The notes: generated by a model not told the origin, from the sequence alone. A stretch of DNA of 64,000 nt from Lama guanicoe (GCA_013239625.1 MU054391.1:3873130-3937129), one strand, 5' to 3'; shown: positions 26,408 through 39,520, counted from the stretch's first letter. Program-made: numbers and translations.

Positions 26408-26949
26408 GGGGAAGAGACTGAAGAGACTGAGGGGACTTTGGCTCCCATTGCTTTGGGCTAAATGCCCCCTGGTCTGTTCCTCTGGCCCTGGGCTCCTTCC
26501 CACAGGGCAGAGGGTAAGGACCCGAGTTCCCGTGTTACAAGTGTAAGTAGTTTTACAGTTTATTTAATTCTCCTTTTAAGTTTTCTAATATCAAAAAATA
26601 AGCATTTAAAACTATTAAAATACATCTTTAAGTTTGTAACAGTTGCCAACTTAGACTTTATTTAAAATAAATCACAATGAATTTTGTTACAATTTTATAA
26701 ACCTCCTAGGAAAATATGGGAGCATATGCATGGATCAAAAAATCAGTTCACCTCAAATCAAGCCAAGTCCATTTCTCTTCTGCTTTACTGGGGACATATT
26801 TGAATTTGGGGCTTAAACCCACGGGGAGCAATGTGTTAATTCTCCTTTGCACATTGTTTAGCTCATTGTTGGACTAAATAAGTGTTAAAAAGGTTAGAGA
26901 AGAGCTTGCTGTTCATCCAAGAATATACTAAACACATGTTATAGAATTC

Positions 26950-27425
26950 TGGAATAAAAAGAGTAATAATAATTTAGTTACATTCTGCTTAAATCGATCT
27001 GGTGTTAACTGACAACAAATCGAATGTCTCCAAAGGAAGTCAGTGAGAACAATTAAGGGAGACTGAGCATTGGCTTTCTGAGCAGAGATTAAAAGGACGA
27101 AATTCATGCCTTCGATGACTAACAGATGACAGCTCCTAAGACTGGGGGGAGGGCCTGCACATCCATGGGAGTGTAACTGGGAAAGACAGAATAAAATTAA
27201 GCAAAGGAAAATTGAGCGAAGGAAAATTAAAGCAATCTTAACAGTGAGGGCTATTAAACCATTGAAAAGTCTCCCGAGGAAAGTGATGGAAACCTCCTTG
27301 CTTGAGTCATTTCAAAATCGACAAAGCAACGGAAAATGTACTGCGGAGAGCAATCCTGTGCCGGCAGGGAGCGGACACGATGATTTAACAGTTCTTTCTG
27401 TCTCTCATTTCCACGTTCTGTGAAA
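26950..27425 (+). mobile_element. Ancient CR1/L3 LINE 3' end
   Basis: TCTTAACAGTGAGGGCTATTAAACCATTGAAAAGTCTCCCGAGGAAAGTGATGGAAACCTCCTTGCTTGAGTCATTTCAAAA...CAATCCTGTGCCGGCAGGGAGCGGACACGATGA matches the CR1 RT C-terminus/3' UTR pattern. Confidence 0.7.
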
Positions 27426-28229
27426 TTGTATTGCAGCGAAGAAACAAGATATCCTTCACTCTGACAGCGTGTTTACAGAGGCTTCATCTGAGGCACAAAG
27501 TTGAAAAGAAAGAATAAAAAAAGCATTCAAAAATTCTGTCTTTGTATTCTTTTTTATGAATTTGGGTTTCAGGTTGGGTGTAACATTGGGATTTAAGCTG
27601 AACTTTGGGTTCCCTCGACTTCACATGTAAAAACTTCCAGAACTTTAATAAGTGAGTAATTCTAAAGTTCCCTTGGTGTCTGTCCTGGTGTGAAATCGAC
27701 TGTCAGGAGGAGTCAGGTTAATATCTTCTGGAACTGCCCACGTCAACATCAAAGTGGTACAGCTTAGGAGACAAACATTAACCCAAAAGTAATGTTAGCG
27801 CAGACAGAAAAGAGGAAGACAGTGAAGGTACCAGATTCTTCTTTGCACCTGGAAATCTAAAGACAAGTACATTATTTAAAAAGAAAAGTGCTCTTGAATT
27901 TATTGGTGGATAAGTCTTGCTTAGAGGTATTACAGCTGATCATAACAGCCAAGAGAATATTGTGGAAAGAAACCAACAAATGACCCATGCACTGAAGACT
28001 TCTGTCAGCTCACTAAAATCAGCACTGGGTTGAATCTTGAAAGTGTTTAAAGACCTTGGTAGGAACCCTAATCAAAAGCAATTTATTATGTATTTTTAAT
28101 TGTTACATTGAACTGTCATCTGACGATAACCTACTGTGTTCCAGGCAGGCTAAGCCTTTTACACGTAGAATTCTTTCATTCAGCAAGACTGAGTTCCTAT
28201 GCTGGGCTAAACACTGCACAGTAAGAAAT

Positions 28230-30975
28230 TTTTTTTTTTTTTTAGTGAACGTTTGTTTGGATGATTTCTTGATTTGCAGATTTAAGGAAGTAGTGCAGCA
28301 AGTTCCCCGACATCCTCCGTGCAGTTTCAGTCTCCCCCAGTGCTAGCCTCTCACACGACTACCGTCTGTTTGTCAAAACTAAGACATCAACCAGCGACTT
28401 TCCTGGTAAAACAACTCCGCGCTTCACTGGGATTTCACGAGTTTGTCCCTAATGCCTGCTTTCTGCTCCAGGATGTAGTCGGTTGCCCTCAGTCTTCATG
28501 TCTCCTTAGCCTTGTCTGGTCTGTGACAGCTCTCAGGTTGTCCTTGGTTTGACGACCTTGACAGTTTTCAGGTGTCCTCACCAGGTATTTTGCAGAATGT
28601 GGATGTATTTTCTCCTGAATAGACTTGGTTAAGGGTTTTTGGAAAGAACCTGACAGAGGTGAAGCGTCCTTCTCGTCATGTCATGTTGGAGGTAACTGAC
28701 CTCCACTAGCATCAGCGCTGTACCTGCCGGGGTGCTGGCCAGTTCCTCCAGCGTCAAGTCACTATTTCTGCCTCTCTGTACTCTGTTCTTGGATGAGTCA
28801 TCAAATGCAGAGCACTCTCCAGGGGGTGGGAGATGGATTAACTGGATCTCCTATGGGGTGAAGTATCTACATATGTTTGAGATTTTATGTAAGGAAGTTT
28901 GCCTCCTTGCCTTTATTTATTTATATATTCAACCATTTACTTATGTGACTACAGATTTATTTTACCCTATGGATTATAATCCAATGCTGCCTTATTTATA
29001 CTGTTGCTCAAGTGACTTTGGCTATTGATAGCTCTTTCAGGTTGACTCATATGTTTCTTTTTTTTTTTTTAAAGTTATATTCCATTTACATTTATAAAAG
29101 GTTGGCTATATTCCCTGTGCTGTACAATATATCGTTGTAGCTTATATATTTTATACATAGTCGTTTGTACCTCTTAATCCCCTACCCCTATTCATGTGTT
29201 TCTTTGCTGTGTCCCCATCATTTCATTTTTTCAACGCTTCCTTACTTTCTGGAATGATGAGCTGCTCCAGGTTCACCTTGGACCACAGGGTTCATCGCAG
29301 CCTTCCCTTCTTGCTTACCTGTGATTTCCCTTTCCAACGATAAGAAACTTGATTCCAGCCATCGATCAACCATTTCTTATTTGTCCAGCACCAGTATACA
29401 TGTAAAGAAGTTTGATAATAATTAACACACTTCGCCATGAGAAGCAAACTTACAACTAGAGTGCAGTTCCTATGTCTTTAGTCTTACACTTTCCTGTTTA
29501 AACAACTTAGGTCAGATCCTCTACCCTTGCCCCCTTCAGCGAGGCTTCGTCAATCATCTCTGGTACTCCAATTCACTTGGCATTCCATCCTCAGATCCCT
29601 AGACCTCCTGGTTTACTTTTTCCTTATCAGTTTGCAAATATTCAGGTTTGCTCTTTGACACAGAAAGCGTTATGGGTTTTGACAAGTGCATCGATTCATG
29701 CATTGTCCCAGGACCACACAGACGGGGTCCCTCCACTCTACTGCCAGACACATACACAGAATGTGTTCTCCAAGCTGGTGGCTTGTTTTCTCACTTTCTT
29801 AGCTGCATCTTTTGTAGAGTAGAAGGTTTAAAATATCATTGCTCCACTTTGCCTTTCTTCTTTTATGATTATGCTTTTTTGTGTGTCTTTTCTGAGAAAT
29901 TTGTACCTGCCTGAAAAGATATTCTCCTGTGACTTCTTATGGATCTTTCATGGGTTTAGCTTTTATATTTCAGTCTATGATCCATCTCAAACTAAATTTT
30001 GTGCAAATGTGAGTTCAGGGTCTGTAATTTTTTTAGTTTCCCTCCCCCTCGTACGTTTAGTAAGTCATCAAAGTGCTATTTTTTTCTCAAAAGACTTTCT
30101 CTATAGAGATGCCTCGGGTCCTTAGTAAACAAATCAGTTGAATGTGTATATGTGGGTCTATTTCTGGTCTGCATTCTGTTCTAATAATCTTTTTGTGTGC
30201 CCATAAACCAGTAACTATACTTTGCAGTAAGTCTTAACATCAGCTAGTATGCCTTCCCCAACTATGCTTTTCTTTTTGAAGAATATTTTGTATTTTAATT
30301 TCTTTGTATTTCCATAAACGTTTTAGAATCAACTTGTCAATTTTCATAGTAAATCTTGTTGAAAATTTGATTCCATGGGTCAATTGGGGGAAAATAGATA
30401 CCCTAAAAATACTGAGCTTTCTGATTTATGAATTTAATATATCTCTACATTTACTTAGATTTCCTTTCAACTATCTCAGTACTGCTTTTTATTTTTTAGA
30501 AGGAGGTTTCACATGTACTTTTAAAAAATTTATTCTTACTCATTTCAGATTTTTGTATGCAATTATAAATGGAATTAATAAATATAAATATATTCAGATT
30601 TTAAAATTTCTGCTTATGTCATTTGGTAATTTTTTCCCAAAGAATCTCCCTATTTTATTTCCATTCTCAAAACTTTTGATGTAAAGTCTCTTTAATAATT
30701 CTCATCATTTTAATTTCTGTAGGACCTATAGTACATACTTCTTTCTTATCTGATAACTCGTGTCTTCTTTTTGCTTCTTGACAAGCACTTCTCAGGCTTT
30801 ATGGTTTCATAAAGCAACAGCTTTTGCTAATTTTCTGCATTTATGATTGCTCCTATGTTTCCACTTTTTTCTCTTTTCTTGCACTCTTTTGAATTAATGG
30901 CAGTTGATTACATTTTTATCTCTGGTAAGTTGTATGTTAATGTAGTTACACATTATTAAAATAAAAATTAAAAAT
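28230..30975 (-). mobile_element. Old LINE-1 (L1MC/ME-like) 3' end and ORF2 remnants
   Basis: T-rich plus strand; GTTTCAGTCTCCCCCAGTG, GACGACCTTGACAGTTTTCAGG, TTCCATAAACGTTTTAGAATCAACTTGTCAATTT. Confidence 0.75.
29047..29205 (-). mobile_element. Short younger LINE-1 3' UTR insertion with TSD
   Basis: Poly-T then GGCTATATTCCCTGTGCTGTACAATATATC...CCTCTTAATCCCCTACCCC; flanked by TCATATGTTTCTTT (29047-29060) and TCATGTGTTTCTTT (29192-29205), 13/14 identical. Confidence 0.85.
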
Positions 30976-30977
30976 AT

Positions 30978-31097
30978 TTTTGGTCGGGGAGGTAATTAGG
31001 TTTACTTATTTATTTTTTAATGGAGGTGCTGGGGATTGAACCCACAACCTTCATGCTTGCTAAGCACACACTCTGCCTCTGAGCTACATCCTCCCCC
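30978..31097 (-). mobile_element. Camelid tRNA-derived SINE (Vic-1-like)
   Basis: Reverse complement GGGGAGGATGTAGCTCAGAGGCAGAGTGTGTGCTTAGCAAGCATGAAGGTTGTGGGTTCAATCCCCAGCACCTCCATTAAAAAATAAATAAGTAAACCTAATTACCTCCCC, with Pol III A/B boxes; short possible TSD AAAATAT. Confidence 0.88.
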
Positions 31098-31099
31098 TC

Positions 31100-32175
31100 T
31101 AAAATATAAGATTTTTCTCTTTCCTTGACTTTTGTGTGAAGAGGAATTTCATTATTACATTTTCATCTCTATCAACTTGTGTGTTATATTTACATTATTC
31201 TAATGTACTTTTTATATATCATATTATAGATTGATTCTGTTATTGTTTATTTCGACTTGTTACTGCTTAGCATATTTTAGTAATTTCGGTGCTTTCCTCT
31301 TAGTGCTAGGACCTTTATCTCCTTTTGTATCCTTTAGATGTTTGGAGGTTTTTCCTGTGTATTTTAATTCTGCATATATTTTAGGCTCCATGAGGCTTTA
31401 ATATTCATGCTTTGCATAGCTCATATAAATGTATATTTAATTACATATTTACTATTTTTTACTCCTCATTCCTTCTGGCATTCCCATGTTTCCATATGGG
31501 ATATTTTTTCCTTCTTCTCAAAAAATTATCTTAAGTGATTTCTTTAATGATGCCAACTGGCAAAAAATTGTTTTTTTTTTTGGTTAGAAATATCTCTATT
31601 TAATTTTCTTGTTGCAAGGGTATTTTTGCTGGGTATTGAATTGTATAGAATTCTATGTTAGCTGTTCCTTTCTTTCATCATTTTGTATTTTTTCTTTTGT
31701 GTTTTGTCATTTCTGCTGCGAGATCACATATCAGTGTAATTGTTTCTTTGACGGTGATTTTTTTCTCTTTTCAAAATTTTTCTTTTGCTTTTTCTTTTTA
31801 TCAATTTCATTACAATAAGCCTATGAATAATTATGTTTGCATTTTTTTCTGCTCATGGCTTATAACACTTCTTGAACCAGAACCTTTGGTTTGGAAAAAA
31901 AATTAACAGGTTTTCAACTATGTCCTTTGCACCACTGTTTCTTAACAACTTTCCTGGATCTTCAATTCCATACAAATAAACACTTTTTTTTCTGGGGGGA
32001 AAAAGTTTAATTTGTATGGAATTGAAGGATACCTTTTTTTTTTTTAATGCTTTCCCCCTATTTTCTATCCTTTTTCTTCTACAAGTCTCAGACTAAATAC
32101 TTTCTGCTGACCTGTTTTACTGTTTATTCATTCTCTTATCTGCTGTGTTAAATGTGCTGGGAACCCCATCTACTG
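31100..32175 (-). mobile_element. Old LINE-1 ORF1/inter-ORF remnant
   Basis: T-rich plus strand; GGGTATTTTTGCTGGGTATTGAATT, TTCTCTTATCTGCTGTGTTAAATGTGCTG resemble reverse L1 ORF1. Confidence 0.6.
31958..32030. repeat. Short inverted repeat / hairpin with 18-bp perfect stem
   Basis: CTTCAATTCCATACAAAT (31960-31977) is the exact reverse complement of ATTTGTATGGAATTGAAG (32010-32027). Confidence 0.92.
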
Positions 32176-32512
32176 TGTTAAATACTTAGCGTTGGACACT
32201 TGTTAAAAATGGCAGGCAGATTTTATTCAAACCATTGCTGTAGAGGAGAGAGACTGTGTAGAACTGAGCTCAACTCCAAACACAGCAAGTGCAGCTGTGG
32301 ATTTATAGCCAATGGGTAGGAGTTGGCAGATGGAAAATTATTAAGAGGAGTTAATTAAATATCAAAGGTGGGGGGATTTCCATTAAACTGCTTTAGATCC
32401 TCACTAAAACTGCGCTGGAAAGCCAAGGACTGCAGGCCAGGGTTCGGGCCTGGATGGGAAGGGGGCTCAGAGAAGGCTGACTAACGTTTGATCAAAGATA
32501 GAGCCGCTGTCA
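32176..32512 (-). mobile_element. ERV1 solo LTR (MER31-like)
   Basis: Reverse complement starts TGACAGCGGCTCTATCTTTGATCAAACGTTAGTCAGCCTTCTCTGAGCCC and ends ...TTTAACA; TG...CA termini; flanks ACTG/GCTG (3/4 TSD). Confidence 0.75.
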
Positions 32513-32739
32513 GCTGACATCCTCATGTCCAGTGTGGAATTTTTCAGGTTTAGAATATGGGTGTCTGGGGGTCCCAGGCGTGAGTCTGCAGAGTTGACCA
32601 TGGACTCCTCTTCCTCCTCTGGTGCTGAAATCCAGTTGTCTGCTCTTCAGCACAGCAAACCACCGAGCACTCTGCTCTGCGTTTCAGTGGTTTTATGCTC
32701 AGCATCTCAGCTGCTTGCTTTATGCACTTTCTGACTTTC

Positions 32740-34740
32740 ACAAACGCCTAGAAGGGGGAAGTTACCTTCAGATCCAGTTAAAAAAAAGGGTTCTTTCAGC
32801 GACTGCAATGTACATCTACAGTCACTCTAAGGGTACTTCCAAATACTACTACTCTGCTTTCCGGTTAGAGCAGATGCCTTGTAACAGAATCTTCCCAGTT
32901 CCTTCCTCCTGTTCCTTGTAACATTGCTGGCATTCAGTTCACTTATCCATAAGCTGTAATCGTCATATACATTGTTGCTGTTAATTTGAATAAGCAATTA
33001 CGTGTCAGATTCGTTAAGAGTAGGGAAATTAAAAGATTTTATTTTACCTTCATTCGTTCCTCGAATGCGCTTTCTTTCTTATGTGGATCTGAGTTTCTGA
33101 CTTTTATCATTTTCCTTCTCTGAAGAAATTTGTTTGAGATTTCTTGCAAGGCAAGTCTATTGGTGAGAAGGTCCCTCAGTTTTCTTTGCTTGTGAAAGTC
33201 TATTTCCCCTTCAGTTTTCGAAGATAATTTCACTGCATAAAGAAATCTATGTTGCTGGCTCTCTTTTTTCAAAACTTTAAATATTCTGTTCCACTTGCTT
33301 CTTGCATGTGTCTGAAGAAAAGTCCAGTGCAATTCCTATTTTTGCTCTTCTCTAAGTAACGTCTTTTTCCCTCTCTGGCTTTTCTCAAGATTTTCTCCTT
33401 GTCTTTGATTTTCTGCAGTTTGAATATGATATGCCTGCGTGTACTTTTTTGTTGTATTTATTCTACTCTGTGTTCTCTGAGCTTCCTGGACCTGTGGTTC
33501 GGTCTCTGATATTAATTTAGGGCAATTCTCAGTCATTATTGCTCTATTTCTTTTTCTTTCCTTTTACTTTCTTCTCCTCTGATGTTCCCGTTACATGTTA
33601 TGTCATGCATTTTGTAACTGTCCCACATTTTTAGCTATTCTGTCCAGTTTTTTTTCATTCTTTTTTCTTCTTTGCTTTTCAATTTGAGAAATTTCTGTTG
33701 ACATATTTTCTAGTTTGCTTTTTCTTCCCCCAGCCGTGTCTACTCATGAGCCCATTAAATGTATTCATTATTTCTGTTGCAGTGTTTCTAACCTACCATC
33801 CACTTTTGATTCTTAAGAGTTTCCATCTGTCTGCTTACAAGCCTTGCATGTAAACATTATCCACTTTTTCCATGAGAGCCCTTAGCATACTAATTACTGT
33901 TATTTTATATTTTTAGACTGATAACTCAAAAATCTGACATATATAGTCTATTCTGATGCTTGTTTTGCTTCTTCAAATTGTGGGGTTTTTTTTTTTTTTT
34001 TTGCAATTTAGAATGCCTTGTAGTTTTTTGTTGAAAGGTGGATTTAAGTACTGAGTAAAAGGAACCGAGGCAGATCAGCCTTCAGTGTGAGGATTATGTC
34101 TGTCTGGCAGGAGTTAGGCTGTGTTTACTCTTCCCTGTAACTATAGATGTTAGAGGCTAACGTTTTCTCTGTCTTTGTTTTTCTCTCCCCTGTTGTCTGG
34201 GTTTCCCTGAAGATTCCTTCTTACGTAGGGTCTGAGCTTTGCTGTTCTTTTAGTTGTGATCTACGGTTCTCTCACAGATGCCTAAGTGATGTGGTGGCAA
34301 CAGACAAGGGATGGGAAGCAGCCTGTGGTCTGATGGTGAGGTCTCAGTCTGTTGGTGAGCCTGTGTCCCTGGGCTGGGACCGTCACAAGAGCGTCTCAGC
34401 TTTTTCCCCCCTTAGGTGAGACAGTGAGACCAGAGGGGCCTGGAGTGGGGTTTTTCCTTTCCCCAGATCAGTTAGGCTCTGGCAAAGTCATTTCTTTTGA
34501 GCCAAGTCTTTCATTAAGAGAACAGAATGTTCTGGCCACATTTCAAAATAGTTATCTTTTCCCTCTGCCTGCTGGATCATGGGGGTACTTCTCAGATCAC
34601 GCTCACACTGACCGTCTGGTGGAATCTTGGGAATAAAACTCTTCAGTGTGGGTCTTTCCTCCAAGACTGCACCTGCCTCCGGAGGTTTGAAGTCTCCAAC
34701 TTTGCCACCTTGAACCTACAGTGATTTGTCAATTACAGTT
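32740..34740 (-). mobile_element. LINE-1 5' UTR plus ORF1 remnant
   Basis: Minus ORFs 33336-33536 (MTENCPKLISETEPQVQEAQRTQSRIN) and 33039-33332 (ARSKWNRIFKVLKKESQQHRFLYAVKLS) are recognisable, frameshifted L1 ORF1p. Confidence 0.9.
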
Positions 34741-34754
34741 TAACTTTTTCTATT

Positions 34755-34965
34755 ATGTGAAATGCACACACACACAAAATTACTATATGTGTATGTGCAT
34801 TAAACACAATATTTGAAAGAGTTCTACTCTATATGCAGTATATACATATACATGTATATGTAGTGTGTACATATATATACACCCCTAAACATAATATTTA
34901 AATATACAAACTGATCTACAACTAGTATATGTAATATTTATATTCATGTATATACAAATATTGGT
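34755..34965. repeat. (TA)/(CA)-rich low-complexity sequence
   Basis: Runs of ATAT/ACAC/GTAT. Confidence 0.7.
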
Positions 34966-36929
34966 TTTAAAATGTATTTCTAGATAAAGGGGAATTATTG
35001 CTACAACAAAGGAGCTGAAATTCTTTAAATCTCCTGACATGTGTTCTCTCCCTCCCCATCCCTCCTCCTATTATCTATAGACCCCTTTATCCCCTCTCCC
35101 TCTCCTGTGTATCTATTTTTCCCAGCAGCACTCTAAGAGAGTATATAAATTTATGTCCCCAGCAGTTACAACTGAGACAAGTTATCTCACTGCATCCTTT
35201 TGAAAATATTTAAATTTATTCTTTCCTAATCAAGGACATTCTTAAATTCACCTTCCATACGCCTCCATTCAGAGAAGGTGTACTTCTCTTTCTGCTTTGT
35301 TCTGCCGCTAGCCGCAGTGTTTGGAACGCTGGTAACCATGTTTTGCGAAGCTGACCTCTGACTTTCCGATCTCTCTCTCTCTTTCCTGCCTCTTACACGA
35401 GAGCAGACGACAGGGGAGCCCTGTTGGCAGACAATTCAGGTCCAATAATATGTCCATCTCAGAATGTTCTTGGGCTATTGTGTTTGAACAGATTTTTAAA
35501 AAAATTCATGGTTCTAGAAATATTAATGAAATGAATATTCATAGTTTACAAAGCATAACCATGTGAAATTTAACAGAAGGGTGCTTGACCTGAGGGAAGC
35601 TTCTCCGCAATGTGAAGCACAGCACAACGCTTTCAAAAGGGTCTTGAACACTCCCAGCTCTGCTCATTTTGCTCATTTACAATCGGTGACAAGAGTCGAG
35701 GGAGCTGTCACTCACTCTCCGGGCTGTGACTAATGCCCAGTTTCAGAGCTGTGCCTCCTCTTCTGTCTTTGTTCAACTTCAAAGGAATCTGAAGGCTAGT
35801 AAAAGGCTCTCTTAGACACGAATTGTAACAATCTCTGTCTCTCTTTACAAGTAAATACCAGTTCTTTCAAACACAGTTCTCTGAAGGTCATGGATAGTCT
35901 CCGGACCGCGGAAGTCCAGAGGGAACCAGTATCACTCATGTTGGTGATTTACCCCTAAGCCAAGACACCAGGAGACAAGCTAGAGATGGTGCAGTCCAAC
36001 CCTTCAATTCACGTAGGAGGAAACTGAGGCTCTGTGCTACCCACTGCTCTGTCCGCATTGCACAGCTGGTTGCCTTTAGAGTTGGAACTGGAAACAAATT
36101 ATGCCAAGTCAGTTCAATGCCATTTGCATCATCCATTCAGACCAATGGTCTATTCTCGACTCAGTATCACAGATAACTTGGATCTAATAGTGAGGAAGCA
36201 CCACGGAAGGAAAGCTGTCTTGGAAGGCATGAAAATGCACACATAAGTCTACATTTGATGGGATGAGCTGCCTTGAGACGTTTCTATGTCCAGCAATTGC
36301 CCCCAGGTTTAACAAAGAGTTCACTGCAAAGTTTTAAGAAAAGTCACATATTTAGGGTCAGTTTTCCTCCTGGAGGGCCACCACTCTGTGACCTGCCATA
36401 TCACTCTGTGCTTTATGCATTAAGGTCCATTTTTATTTAATGAAAGTTACTGCAAGGTTAGGACTCCAGAAATCTCAGCCCAGTAACTCCAATATTTTTC
36501 ATTGTTAAATTTTGTTAATTTTCTTTTTTCTCAATCCTATTGCTTTCATTCTTCTGTCCATCCATCTCGGTATTTGGCCTTGTTTCACTGTTTCTTTCCT
36601 TTCCTCTCCTGAAGGAGCTCACTATACTACACCTGCACATTTTCTCTCCTTTATTACTTGAGCGACATCCTTTGCATGAGCCAGCATCTGCCCTTGGCTC
36701 TGCAAGGAACAGGCTTGATAGTAACGTGTCTTGCCTGTGTGAGATGTTCTGAACAGGGCAGAGAAAGGCTGGTGCCTTGTCACACTACTTCCCATGCCCA
36801 AAATCTCGAGCATACTCAGTCAATGCGTGCTCTTTCGCTTTAAATGCAGACGTGTCACTTTCCAATCAAGTATCTGTAAAAACACATCATAAGGTGTGAA
36901 AGGTTTTGTCTGCCTGGGAAGCTGTAATG

Positions 36930-37160
36930 TACTGACTGCCGCTAACATTTATTAAGAGCTCACTATATGATAGACACTCTGTGCTAAAAGCTTCGTATCT
37001 CACTTGAATTTCTCACAGGTAGGCAATCTTATCCTGTTTGCCAAAAAGGAAATGGGGCCACGAAGAGTTCATGTAAGTTTCCCAAAGTCACGCTACTCAT
37101 AAAAGGCTCAGATGGAATTTTAACTCCAAACCTGTGCTTCTCAAGCCTCACGCTGTACAG
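36930..37160 (-). mobile_element. MIR SINE
   Basis: GCTAACATTTATTAAGAGCTCACTATATG...AAGTTTCCCAAAGTCACGCTACT...GGAATTTTAACTCCAA. Confidence 0.75.
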
Positions 37161-39349
37161 CCTGCAACTGCGGCGAAGTGGAACAAGATGCAAGGCCCAA
37201 CGTGACGGGAAGTTCAGCTTCGTCATTAGGGTAGGGAGACGGAGGACGGGCAGGTCGGTAACAGACAGACAAATAGATAATGGCTCCTCCAGTTGGGGAA
37301 TAAGCAGTGCCCTGCCCCCTCGCAGAGGCAGGACTCAGAGCTTTTCCCTGGTAGTGTCCCCGGGAGGCTGAGACCCCAGGAAGGAGTGTTCTCAGGGTAT
37401 AAGGTCATGAAGAGGTGGGACCAGGTCTGCAGAGATTCGGAAGCTTCCAAAAAACTCCCAAAGAACTGCTGGCCTTGTGGGTCATGGAGACAAGGACAAC
37501 GGTGATCTCGGTAGCACTTGTGAGGACGGATGATCAGTGACCTACGGTACTGCTTATGAGGAGCCGGGGACGTGGAACATCCCTGGGAGGGCAGGTGGGG
37601 GAAACCCACAAGAATGATGTGAAGAGTAACTTCCCTGCAGCCCACCAGAATGGAGTTTGGAATAAAAATCTGAGTTATGTGTATACAAGACATTATTCAT
37701 TAAAGATATGTTTTAAATACCTATCACGTGTCAGACGCTAGGAAGTAACATAAATAACTATATAAACGTGCTAAATACAAGAAATTATCCATGACGGCTG
37801 TGCGTGCATTCTTGTCATTGCCATTTAAAGTCATCAAAAAAGTGTTTGGATGTTTTCATTACTTCCATTTGATGCCAAAGCTTCACCGTAACCACTGAAA
37901 CTAAGAAGAAATTCCACAACACTATAGGAGGTTTGGGATTCAGCCTTGACCTTCTTCCCCCTGTCTGGCAAATCTTGGGTGTCAAGGACCACAAGCAGCG
38001 ACAGCAAATGAAGAGCAGAAGAGGGGAGGCAGCGTGTCCCATTGGTAGAGGGGGAGACAGCTACCAGCAGACGACGGGGCCTTTAGAGACGCCAGCGTTT
38101 GCACCTGTTACTGGATGTCTCCTGCCTGAGGCTGTAAACAGAAGAGGTGCAGATTGGTTGGACCCAGTCCTTGTGATCCACGGAGGACGTGTGTCGTCGG
38201 GTCAGGATACAGACGCCTCCAAACACAGCCTGGGATTGATTCTCCCCAAATTTGCCTCCAGTGGGTGGGCATCACTTGTGTCAGACCCATTTTTCCGATA
38301 TCAATGACATTCCTCTGCTGAGTAACATTTGTGGCATGTGTTTATCCTTCAGGTAGCTCTAAATAAAAATTAGCTTGTATAAAAATAATGCATTACAATA
38401 ACGAAATAATATTGCTACGGGTCCAAGAAGATCCGTGAATGGAGGGGAAGAAGGTGGCGACAGATGAAACGACATTCGCTTCCTCGTGACTCAAATAGTA
38501 ACACAAAAACTATGCAACCACCTCTGGCCTCTTACTTTTTAAGCTCCACTTGCCTGAAAGGTAGGACAGGCTTCACTTACCATGAATCTACTACTTCTCA
38601 AAAAATTTTAAAGCAACGAATTCTTTTGGCCGATGAAGTTTTCCTCTGCAGCCCTACGTGCCTGGAAGAAGCCGGCGGCTGGGGGGTCTTCCCCAGCAGC
38701 CCCTGACGTACTTCCTTGGGATATTCAGGGCTCTCTGAGTCCCCCAGCTCGCACACTAGACTCCCCGCTCCTTGAGGGAAGAAACCAGGCTTACCCACCT
38801 CTGTCTGTGATCAAGAGTCAAAGCCCCACTCAAACTGGAACCCAGATGTCCCGACTCCCAGCCCTAAACTTCTTCCCGTGACACTCAGAATTTATCTATG
38901 GATTTTAAATGTTGCGTATCAAAGAGTAAATGGTTTTATGAAGCTGAAAGTTACACACGTTTAGTCAAAAAGCCAGTAAAACTGGAAATCCGTGGGTTAT
39001 TTTCTAGTGATTCCAAAAAACCTCCCAAGCATTTCTGTAAGAAAATATATTTACCAACGCTAATAAGGCTCTGTGTCTCCACTGTCATTACATTTCTTCA
39101 GAGCATTTCCAATAAGAACACTCCAAATTATGCCCCCTCAGCTCGCTCATCTGTTCAGTCAATAAGCAACGTTTTATTGCTTTTATGAATTAAGCCCGCT
39201 TTGCATCCAGTCATCTCGCAAACATCTGTAGCAGAAGCAGTCTAGGGAGCTTTTGAAAAAATCAATCAGAGGGGAACAGCTTTCACTTCATGCGTTTTTT
39301 TTTTTAATTTTAATAAAGTATTTACACATGTTTGCTCTGCCTGGAATGG

Positions 39350-39520
39350 AAACAACGATGGAGGCGGCGGCAGCATCCGGGGCCGGGGGCTCCTGAGCCC
39401 GAGCGGCGGTGCGGCCCTGGGCTGGCGTCCTCGCGTGAGGACTGACCTGTGGCTGCTGCCTTCTGGTAGAACAGCGCTGAGCAAGGCTGAGCTAGTCCTA
39501 GTGGAGGCGCTGCTCGTGTG
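39350..39520. promoter_or_regulatory. Small CpG-rich patch
   Basis: GGAGGCGGCGGCAGCATCCGGGGCCGGGGGCTCCTGAGCCCGAGCGGCGGTGCGG; too short for a classical CpG island. Confidence 0.3.

Noticed and set aside
30978..31097. tRNA gene
   Set aside because: The tRNA-like head is degenerate and followed by a SINE-specific tail; it is a SINE.
33039..33536. Functional L1 ORF1
   Set aside because: Broken into several frames by stops and frameshifts; fossil only.
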